From Macrostomum lignano (taxonomy: Eukaryota), in contig NIVC01003012.1 of assembly GCA_002269645.1 (NCBI GenBank), positions 1-33,397 on the forward strand: a DNA stretch of 33,397 bases. The letters are read 5' to 3'. A program made the translations under genes and the position numbers. The notes under the pieces were generated by a model. It saw nothing but the letters and a program-made list of their open reading frames with translations, ran no database searches and had not been told where the DNA came from. Positions 24,501 to 33,397 of this stretch are shown here, piece after piece. Position 1 is the first letter of the stretch. Each line of letters opens with the position of its first letter.

Positions 24501-27500
24501 CATGCTTGGTCACAGACTGTTTAGAGTGGAGTGGGGTGGATGTGGCAGGGGTAAGGGTATAGGAATGTAGTGATGTACATGCTTGGTCACAGACTGTTTA
24601 GAGTGGAGTGGGGTGGATGTGGCAGGGGTAAGGGTATAGGAATGTAGTGATGTACATGCTTGGTCACAGATTGTTTAGAGTGGAATGGGGTGGGTGTGGC
24701 AGGGGGAGTGGGTGGGTGTGGCAGGGGTAGGGGTATAGGAATGTAGTGATGTACAAGCTTGGCCACAGACTATTAGCGGATGAGGGCAAAGTGAGGTGTG
24801 GGTATGTGGGAACTTTTATGCCTGACAAAACAGCATACCGTTAGGAGTAAAGTGTGCCAACTCACCTCGTTCGCAGACTTAATCGGCATCGGATGCGAGA
24901 TGAGGCTATCACCAGCCGCCAGTCCGCAGGTACCGCCGCTGCCGCCGCGCAACCAGCCTGCAGCTGTCGAACGTCGCAGTCGTTTGCCGCTGCCGCTCCC
25001 GTTGCCAAGGGAGACTCTGGATAGCCAGGCTGGAAGTGCAATAAAAATCCGATTAGAACTTGCAGGATGCTACTCTGAGTAGGAAAGCGATAAAAAATTT
25101 CGCTTATTGGTGCTCTGCCAAGGGGCCGTGTACAGCTGGCACAGGGAGGGGGTCACAAGTCATCACGGCAGGTTGAATAGCTTAATTTTCCACTTGCTCA
25201 TTGTGGCTGCCTCGAGGGGCTATGAAAGCCGCATTTGCATCTGTGTCTCTATCTGGAGTGCCTAACATATACATAAAAATATGACAGACTTGACAGCCTA
25301 CCAGAGCTTCTACTGCCAGTCCCGTCCAAGCCGCGAAGGTCGTCAGCGACCATCGTCCCAGCAGCAGCCGCCGACGAGCGACGGGGCGACTTGCGCAGCT
25401 GCAAGTAGTAGCAGAAATAGCCAGCCAGAGTCACCGCGCACAGCAGCACCAGGAAGGACACGGCCACGCACACGGTCACCACGATCAAGTCGCGAGCTCC
25501 ACCGTCTCCAACAGGGCCGCCGCCGTCACCGTCGGGTGTCCCTGACAGCAGCGAGGTGCCACGCGGCCTGGTGTCGGTGAAGTTGATGAGAAGACGCGCC
25601 GACGAGCGTAGAGACGGCTGGCCCCTGTCGAGGGCCTCGACGCTCAGGGCGCAGAGGCCGGACGAGTGCGGCGGCGGGCGCACCAGCAGCAGACGGCCGG
25701 TGTCCGACTCCAGGCTAAATTGGCCGGGAGGGCAGCCGCCGCCGCCGCCGCCGCCAGCTGCTGAGACGATGCGAAACTCAATGCTGCCATTTTCGCCATC
25801 GTCGGGATCGACCGCGGACAGTCGAGCAACGCCGGCGCCAGGACGTTCGCGTGCGCTGACGTTCACGACGGCCTCGAGAGCGTCAGCGGCGGCTGGCGGG
25901 AATACGAAGCTTGGCGCGTTGTCGTTGACATCTTCGACATCGATTTCAACGACTGTCTGGGCGGCCATAGGGGGTCGGCCATGGTCGCGGGCCACCACTC
26001 GGAAGCGGTGGCGGCTGCGGCGCTCCCGGTCGAGTTCGCCGAGCAGCAGCAGCTCGCCGGCGCCGGTGACGCGAAAGGCGGCCGCTCCCGCCGACTCTTC
26101 CGAAGTCGTCGCCGGCAGCAGGGCGAAGGACAGACGGCCGTTCTCACCTGCGTCCGCGTCAGTTGCAACGATCTGGCCGACAGCGAAGCCCGGCCGTGCG
26201 GCTTCGGATACGCTGAAGCGCCGGACACCGTCGGGCGCGCCCGGCTGCTGCGGGAACACCGGCACGCAGTCATTGACGTCGTCGACATCGATGCGAACAG
26301 TGGCGACCGCGGTGAGCTCCGGTTTGGCCGCGTCGGTGGCCAGCAGATGGCAGCGGAGGCTGGCGTTCTGCTCCCGATCCAGCGGCGCCAAGGTGTACAG
26401 GCTGCCATTTCTCAGGCCGACGCCGATGAGGCTGTCGCAGGGCGGAGGCACCGAGTACAGCGTCTCGGCCGCCTCGTCCGGGTCGCGGGCCTCGGCTCGG
26501 CCGATCGAGGCGCCGGCGGCCAAATTCTCGGGCAGGCGGAAGGCGAACTCGGCGCCGGTTGGAAAGGCCGGCGGGCTGTCATTTTGGTCGAGGACGCGGA
26601 CGGTGAACCGGCGCTCGGCGCGGAGGCCGCCGCTGTCGGCACAGGAGATCCACAGGTGGTGCTTGGCGACCTCCTCGCGGTCGAGCGGCCGGCGACTGCG
26701 CAGTAGCAGGCGGAGAGTTTCACTGCTCGATGACGAGGCCTTGACGACAGCTGGCTCAGGCATCAGCTCGAACGAGTCGGTGCGATTAAGAAACCCGGCC
26801 AGGTCGCAGTCCGGCGGCGGCTGGTGGCGGCTGTCCCGGTCACGGTCGGTAACGAGAAGAAAGCCGATGAGCTTTGGCGGGTGGTTCTCGGGCAGGGAGA
26901 GGCCCAGGCCGTTGGGCGAGGTGGATACGACTTCGATGCTGGGCGGGTTGTCGTTCACGTTTAGCACCTGCGGGTTGATGGGCTCTTTTCTGAGTGACAG
27001 CCTTTGTCAGAGTGACAGGCTACCGGAGTGACATGCTTTTAGAGTGACAGGCTTCCAGAGTGATAGGCTTCCAGAGTGATAGGCTTCCAGAGTAACAGGC
27101 TTTCAGAGTGACAGGTTTTCAGAGTGACAGGCTTCCAGAGTGACAGGCTTTCGGAATGTCCCGCTTTCAGAGTGACCGGCTTTCAGAGAGTGACAGGCTT
27201 TCAGAGCGATGTGCACTTACAACTGCCAACTGACCTTAACAGTGAGGCTCATAGACGCTGTTCTGGGCTTCGGGCTGTGGTTGTCGCTGACCAAAACCTC
27301 AAAGCGGTACTCCTGCCTGGCCTCGGCGTCCAGCAGCTGCTGCAGGTGGATCTCCCCGCTGACGGGATCGATGCGGAACGGCAGCGGCTGTTGTGGCGAC
27401 TCCGAGCTGCGCAGGCTGTAGCTGAGGTGCCCGGCGGATCTGTAGTCCCGGTCGGTGGCGCGGGCGCGGTACAGCAGGGAGTGCAGCGAGGCGTTCTCCT

Positions 27501-28140
27501 TGACCTGTGCGGCGAAGGGGTCGGACTATGGCACTGCACTACTCTTCATCTAGTAGGCTGCGCGCGTTTTATCAGCTAAATTTGCTGAATTTAAATTTAA
27601 CTTTTTCCTGCAATATGCGCATCAGCTACTCAGATTCATAGTCTATGGCCTACAGCACTTAGAGCTGGATGGAGCTTTTACCTGTAAGAAACTTGAGAAC
27701 CATTGATATCCCTAGAAAATAAGGGGATCTTAAGTTACAGGTAAGTTACTTATGTAGAGACTAATTTAGAAAGCAGGTTCTTTGCTGGCTCATCTCTTCT
27801 CTTCTAGAAGAAACTTGCTTTCCCAACCAAAAGCGTGGGCAGGGCAGAGAGGAGACAAAGACAGGCAGACAGGCAGGCAGAAGACAGCCCCGGTCCCGAC
27901 CATCGCATTGTCGTGCTGTGTCAGCTCGAATTTCCCCGAGCCAAGGGAGACACGACGGGAGGAGGCCGACTTCTCACGGGGAGAGAATCGAGGGGATCTC
28001 ATGCAGCCCGATCCCTGCCGGCTTTGAAAAGAAGAACTAGAAGATCCGGATTGGGAGGGGTTGACGCTGACCTGAGTGAGGCCCGGCTGCTCTCTCTGCC
28101 TTAACCAGCGGACTGTGCTCTGTGATATATCTGTCTTGTG

Positions 28141-28214
<74 letters not shown>

Positions 28215-28327
28215 CCAATCAATCAATCAACCAATCAATCAATCAACCAATCAATCAATCAACCAATCAACCAATCAACCAATCAACCAATCAACCAATC
28301 AACCAATCAACCAATCAACCAATCAAC

Positions 28328-28384
<57 letters not shown>

Positions 28385-29238
28385 CTTACCGGGATAATCT
28401 GAACCCGGGACGCGGGCTCGAACTCGGGATCAAAGTCGTTGGTGTTCTCCACGCTCACCAGGACCGTCAGGTTGCCGCCCGCCAACGGCGGCTCGCCCTC
28501 GTCGCTGGCCTGCACCAGCAGGGCAAAGCCTTCGCCCAGCATGGCGGCGGATCCGTCGCCCTCCTCCTCGAGGTCGAGCTCGCGGACGGCGCGCAGGACG
28601 GGGACTCGAGAGCCGGAGTCCTCGCCAAGGCCGGCCGGATCGGTGAGGATCTCTTCGTCCAGGACAAACAGCGGCGAATGGCTCAGCAGGGCGTACCGGA
28701 CGGTGCCGTTGCGCCCGGCGTCCGGGTCGACGGCGAGCGGCAGGCGCAGTCGCTCTGGGCTATCGTGCTCGCGCAGTCGCCACCGCTGCACCCGAACCGA
28801 CGCTGGGAATTCTGGCGCGTTATCGTTGACGTCCCCGACGCTGACGATGAGGTCGAGTAGACGGATGTCCGAGCCGGCGGGCCCGGCCGGCCTGAAAGTG
28901 GCCGTCAGCTCCAGCTGGCAGGGGCCGCGGCGCCGGCAGTGACGAATGGACTCGCGGTCGAGCCTCTCGGCGAGGGTCAGCTGGCCGCTGGCGGCGTCGA
29001 GGGCGAATCGACGGCGAGAGTCGACGCCGCCGCCGGAGAGCAGCTGGAATTGGGCCGGCAGTTCGTGCGGCTGCCTTGGCGTTGACCGACGCGACACCAG
29101 CTTCTCGGCGAGGTCGCAGACGAGAGCACCGGCTGGGAGCTCCTCGCGCACGCTGCAGTGATGCCGCTCGGCGCCGGCTGGGTGGCGGCAGAGCCAACTG
29201 ACGCAGAGGACGATGGCTAGAAAGAGGCGAGCGGGCAT
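21112..29238 (-). CDS. Protocadherin, 7 cadherin repeats (delta1-like architecture), 6 coding exons, 1154 aa
   Basis: Six GT-AG exons with consistent phases summing to 3465 nt; signal peptide MPARLFLAIVLCVSWLC; EC1 Cys-X5-Cys (CRRRGPC); repeated xE, DRE, DxD and DxNDN motifs; TM LIVVTVCVAVSFLVLLCAVTLAGYF; C-terminal SSFV. Confidence 0.93.
21855..22405. repeat. CT-rich low-complexity tract with an internal duplication
   Basis: Directly visible; CCCTCTCACCCTTTT(T)CCCTCTCTCCATCTTTCCATC.. occurs at ~21973 and ~22238. Confidence 0.9.
22603..23250. repeat. Perfect 18-bp tandem array (GATGTGGAATCGAACCCG)x36, plus one degenerate unit at 22586-22602, in protocadherin intron 5
   Basis: (23250-22603+1)/18 = 36; no variant unit seen; minus strand of each unit contains GGTTCGATTCC. 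Confidence 0.98.
23316..23385 (-). CDS. Protocadherin coding exon 5 (cytoplasmic), 70 nt, phase 0-1
   Basis: Acceptor ctttttgttcaacag|, donor ttg|gtgagc; ATAAVQESHYTADRDTIARLAAF; exactly restores the phase needed by the last exon. Confidence 0.8.
23738..24772. repeat. 77-bp G-rich minisatellite, ~13 copies, protocadherin intron 4
   Basis: GGTCACAGAC recurs at 23817, 23894 and 23971 (spacing 77). Confidence 0.96.
24866..25029 (-). CDS. Protocadherin coding exon 4 (cytoplasmic), 164 nt, phase 1-0
   Basis: Acceptor ttttattgcacttccag|, donor gag|gtgagt; open frame AWLSRVSLGNGSGSGKRLRR..HPMPIKSANE. Confidence 0.8.
25302..26967 (-). CDS. Protocadherin coding exon 3 (EC4-EC7, TM, juxtamembrane)
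   Basis: Acceptor aacccgcag|GTG; ORF 25249-26967; donor tctg|gtaggc at 25301, phase 1. Confidence 0.94.
26990..27207. repeat. 16-bp minisatellite (CAGAGTGACAGGCTT[T/C])n filling most of protocadherin intron 2
   Basis: Directly visible. Confidence 0.9.
27235..27504 (-). CDS. Protocadherin coding exon 2 (core of EC3), 270 nt, phase 0-0
   Basis: Acceptor gccgcacag|, donor aag|gtcagt; VKENASLHSLLYRARATDRD..FRIDPVSGEIHLQQLLDAE..YRFEVLVSD..SLTVK; absent from the ORF track in this frame. Confidence 0.93.
28139..28384. repeat. (TCAA/CCAA)n microsatellite next to the exon 1 donor
   Basis: Directly visible; source of the NQSI ORFs. Confidence 0.97.
28390..29238 (-). CDS. Protocadherin coding exon 1 (signal peptide, EC1, EC2, start of EC3)
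   Basis: ATG 29238; donor ccg|gtaagt at 28389, phase 0. Confidence 0.94.
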
Positions 29239-29361
29239 CTCAGCTTCTGGCCCGGCTGCTGCTGATGAAGTTTTCTGTGGGAAGGGGCGGCTTGAGATTA
29301 ATGTTGCGGAACCTTCAGAGAAGTTTCGGTTTGGTGTCCGCAGGTGTTACCAGCGTCAGCG

Positions 29362-30385
29362 TCAGTGGAGTGTCAGTGGAGTGCTAGTGGAGTGCTAGTG
29401 GAATGCCAGTAGAGTGCCAGTGGAGTGCCAGTAGAGTGCCAGTAGAGTGCCAGTAGAGTGCCAGTGGAGTGCCAGTAGAGTGCCAGTGGAATGCCAGTAG
29501 AGTGCCAGTGGAGTGCCAGTAGAGTGCCAGTAGAGTGCCAGTAGAGTGCCAGTGGAGTGCCAGTAGAGTGCCAGTAGAGTGCCAGTGGAGTGCCAATCAA
29601 GTGTCAGTGAAGTGCCAGTCAAGTGTCAGTGGAGTGTAAGTGGAGTGCCAGTGGAGTGCCAGTGGAGTGCCAGTGGAGTGTCAATGGAGTGCCAGTGGAG
29701 TGCCAGTAGAGTGCCAGTAGAGTGCCAGTGGAGTGCCAATCAAGTGTCAGTGAAGTGCCAGTCAAGTGTCAGTGGAGTGTAAGTGGAGTGCCAGTGGAGT
29801 GCCAGTGGAGTGCCAGTGGAGTGTCAATGGGGTGCCAGTGGAGTGCCAGTAGAGTGCCAGTAGAGTGCCAGTGGAGTGCCAATCAAGTGTCAGTGAAGTG
29901 CCAGTCAAGTGTCAGTGGAGTGTAAGTGGAGTGCCAGTGGAGTGCCAGTGGAGTGCCAGTGGAGTGTCAATGGGGTGCCAGTGGAGTGCCAGTAGAGTGC
30001 CAGTAGAGTGCCAGTGGAGTGCCAATCAAGTGTCAGTGAAGTGCCAGTCAAGTGTCAGTGGAGTGTAAGTGGAGTGCCAGTGGAGTGCCAGTGGAGTGCC
30101 AGTGGAGTGTCAATGGAGTGCCAGTGGAGTGCCAGTAGAGTGCCAGTAGAGTGCCAGTGGAGTGCCAATCAAGTGTCAGTGAAGTGCCAGTCAAGTGTCA
30201 GTGGAGTGTAAGTGGAGTGCCAGTGGAGTGCCAGTGGAGTGCCAGTGGAGTGTCAATGGGGTGCCAGTGGAGTGCCAGTAGAGTGCCAGTGGAGTGCCAG
30301 TCAAGTGTCAGTGAAGTGCCAGTCAAGTGTCAGTGGAGTGTCAATGGAGTGCCAGTGGAGTGCCATAGAGTGCCAGTCGAGTGCC
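29362..30385. repeat. 11-bp satellite (GTGCCAGT[G/A]GA)n with a 143-bp (13-mer) higher-order repeat
   Basis: Marker monomer GTGCCAATCAA at 29590, 29733, 29876, 30019, 30162. Confidence 0.96.
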
Positions 30386-31114
30386 AATTGAGGTTAGCAG
30401 CAGCATGCAGTTGATACAGCAGTTTTATGAGTTTATCATATGCAAGTATTTAGCGCAGGTGGGATTACTGCTATTGAGAGGCTATTGAATTGCCTCATTG
30501 AAGGCGTGAACCGTGGCTTCACTACTATTCACCAAGTCATTGAGAGACGCTAACAGTATCAACTCCAGGCCACATCAGGAGATTTCAAGCCATCCACTTT
30601 CTAGCTTCATCATACAACTGCCACTCCAGCTGCCGCACCTGTCAGCCACTTTACGACACTAGAGGCTGGTCCCCCCCACCATCACCCGCCTCCAAAGCAA
30701 ACCAAAGAAGCTGGCTTGGTAAGCATTGTTGCAGCAATTTTTTGCCCGAGGAAAGAAAGTGGCCGGTGCAAAATGAGTGGCTTTGTGTGTGCGAAAGGGG
30801 GAGAGGTGCTAAAATATATGACTGTAATTAGTTGCTGAGCTGGAGGCCCTGCGACCCTCTTCTCGCTCCACTCAACCAGCTGACTGAGGGATCATGACAC
30901 CCTGGCTATGGGAGAATTGACTGACAAGTCGCTATGTGAAGAGGCTGAGAGACAGAGGCGACTTGGAGAAAGAAATCATTTTATAGCTTTGGACTCCTGC
31001 GCTTTTTATACTCCCGCCACTTAGCCGCGCTTCAGGGTCGTTTTCTGCTTTCAGATTGCAGTCTGGGGTTTCGCTGTGTGTTGATTAGTGCGCTTGACCG
31101 CTTAGGACTGGCAA

Positions 31115-32430
31115 AGGGGAAGAGAGAGGGGAAGAGGGAGAGAGTGAAGGAGAGGGAGAGGGAGAGGGACTGTGAGACTGTGGAAGAAGGAAAGAGACGA
31201 CAGTGAGAGGGAGAGAGAGGAGACAGTGGGAAGGAGAGAGGGGAGACAGTGGGAGGGAGAGAGAGGAGACAGTGGGAGGGAGAGAGGGGAGACAGTGGGA
31301 GGGAGAGAGGGGAGACAGTGGGAGGGAGAGAGGGGAGACAGTGGGAGGGAGAGAGAGGAGACAGTGGGAGGGAGAGAGGGTAGACAGTGGGAGGGAGAGA
31401 GGGTAGACAGTGTGGGGGAGAGAGGGGAGACAGTGGGGGAGAGAGGGGAGACAGTGAGAGGGAGAGAGGGGAGACAGTGTGAGGGAGAGAGGGGAGACAG
31501 TGTGAAGGAGAGAGGGGAGACAGTGGGAAGGAGAGAGGGGAGACAGTGGGGTGGAGAGAGGGGAGACAGTGGGGTGGAGAGAGGGGAGACAGTGAGAGGG
31601 AGAGAGGGGAGACAGTGTGAGCGAGAGAGGGGAGACAGTGTGAGCGAGAGAGGGGAGACAGTGTGAAGCAGAGAGGGGAGACAGTGAGAGGGAGAGAGAG
31701 GAGACAGTGGGAAGAAGAGAGGGGAGACAGGGAAGGAGAGAGGAGACAGTGTGAAGGAGAGAGGGGAGACAGTGTGAGGGAGAGAGGGGAGACAGTGTGA
31801 GGGAGAGAGGGGAGACAGTGTGAGGGAGAGAGGGGAGACAGTGAGAGGGAGAGAGGGGAGACAGTGAGAGGGAGAGAGGGGAGACAGTGGGAAGGAGAGG
31901 GGAGACAGTGGGAAGGAGAGAGGGGAGACAGTGGGAAGGAGAGAGGGGAGACAGTGGGGTGGAGAGAAGGGAGACAGTGAGAGGGAGAGAGGGGAGACAG
32001 TGAGAGGGAGAGAGGGGAGACAGTGTGAGGGAGAGAGGAGAGACAGTGTGAAGGAGAGAGGGGAGACAGTGTGAGGGAGAGAGGAGAAACAGTGTGAAGG
32101 AGAGAGGAGAGACAGTGTGAAGGAGAGAGGGGAGACAGTGTGAGCGAGAGAGGGGAGACAGTGGGGTGGAGAGAGGGGAGACAGTGGGAGGGAGAGAGAG
32201 GAGACAGTGGGAGGGAGAGAGGGGAGACAGTGGGAGGGAGAGAGGGAAGACAGTGAGATGGAGGAGAGGGGAGACAGTGTGAGGGAGAGAGAGGAGACAG
32301 TGTGAGGAGAGAGAGAGGAGACAGTGTGAGGGAGAGAGAGGAGACAGTGGGAGGGAGAGAGGGAAGACAGTGGGAAGGAGAGAGGGGAGACAGTGGGAGG
32401 GAGAGAGTGGAGACAGTGGGAAGGAGAGAG
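31115..32430. repeat. Purine-rich 23-bp minisatellite (ACAGTG[G/T]GAGGGAGAGAGGGGAG)n
   Basis: ACAGTG spacing 31269, 31292, 31315; source of the SLPPTVSPL ORFs. Confidence 0.95.
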
Positions 32431-33114
32431 TTCACTTGAACCCTCCGCGACTCTCCAATTCTCTTGCGAAGCCAACTTGAATAGCAGACCTGTTGCTCAG
32501 AGATAAACAAGTGGGATTAAATGGTCGATGCGAACTCCCACTTGGTCGATGCGACTCCCACGGGGATTACGGGACAAAAGAGTGTGCCCGGATATTGGCA
32601 AGGCGGATAAAGAGATCAAAGTGTGTCGCGAGGTTCACTAAGTACAAAAGGCGCTGGATTATCAATTATTGACATCATCGGCGCTTGACATCATGGAACT
32701 GGGAATTCGCCGACGAGAGCTGTTAGATTAAGAAAGCCTTCTTAAAAAGAACCACTGAGAGTCCTTATATTTTTGCAAAGCTGTGGGGCGAAGGAAAAAA
32801 GCAGAATGCATCACGCATTGTAGCAAAGAACTTGAAAACTAATGCCAAATGCAAAGCAAAACTCCATTTATTCTCTTTAATCCCAAGCGGGAACTCAACT
32901 TCTACTCGATGGATTCTCCCCACTCTGTAGCTTTTAATCATGCTGTTTCAACACAACAGCAGAATAGAGCTCTCTCGCTGGGTCTCCCTCTGCCCCACTT
33001 CTTCCCTGCTGCTCTCCGCTCTTGCGGGCCTCGTCCCTTGGGGGAACTCGAAAAAGCTGATTTACTCACTGCCGATGCAACTGGCTTCAATGAAGTTTGA
33101 AATCTTTCTGCTTC

Positions 33115-33397
33115 GGCTTTTCCCCTCTCTCCTCTCTGTCTGCCTCTCCCCTCTACCCTCTCCCTCTCCCTCCCTCTCTCTCCTTCTGTCCCCTCTCCCC
33201 TTCTACCTCTCTCCCTCTCCCTCCCTCTCTCTCCCTCTTTCTCCTCTCCCCTCTCCCCCTCCCTTTCTCCTCTCACCCTCTGTCTGTTTCCCTCTCTCCC
33301 TTCATCCTCCCTCCTCTCCGTCTCCCTCTTACCCTTCTCTTCTCCTTCCATCTGCTTCCTCTCTTTCTCAATCCGTCACCTCTCCCCCCTCTCCCTC
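33115..33397. repeat. CT-rich low-complexity tract, truncated by window end
   Basis: Directly visible. Confidence 0.9.

Noticed and set aside
25556-27031. 491-aa and other + strand ORFs over the protocadherin (also 28439-28942, 27124-27579)
   Set aside because: Antisense shadows of GC-rich cadherin codons; no domain signal
27235-27504. Skipping the symmetric exon 2 as a clean 7-EC to 6-EC switch
   Set aside because: Frame is kept, but a ~21-aa stub of EC3 would remain between EC2 and EC4, so it is not a clean domain deletion; no evidence of use
31032-32510. 457-492-aa Ser/Leu/Pro-rich ORFs
   Set aside because: Translations of the 23-bp purine satellite

Overview
Eukaryotic (metazoan) genomic DNA, not prokaryotic. 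About 40% of the window is micro/minisatellite, and most long ORFs in the track are repeat artefacts. Two convergent, intron-split genes can be rebuilt from splice signals and codon phases. (1) On the + strand is a synaptotagmin-like tandem C2A-C2B gene with exons 4756-4959, 6782-7066, ~11527-11963, 16565-16685 and 17698-18020. Its 5' end or TM anchor is not found, and it carries an apparently compensating +1/-1 indel pair. (2) On the - strand is a complete 7-repeat protocadherin with exons 29238-28390, 27504-27235, 26967-25302, 25029-24866, 23385-23316 and 21557-21112 (3465 nt, 1154 aa, C-terminus SSFV). Mobile elements are a 1448-bp foldback element with 609-bp inverted arms, a 169-bp hAT MITE with a perfect 8-bp TSD, a tRNA-derived SINE and a possible LINE remnant. 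The most unusual structure is a perfect 36 x 18-bp intronic array in which every unit is a consensus Pol III B-box and which also translates as (DVESNP)n. GC-rich Ala/Gly-rich exons, satellite-packed introns and the protocadherin type suggest a lophotrochozoan, possibly a Macrostomum-like flatworm (inference only).
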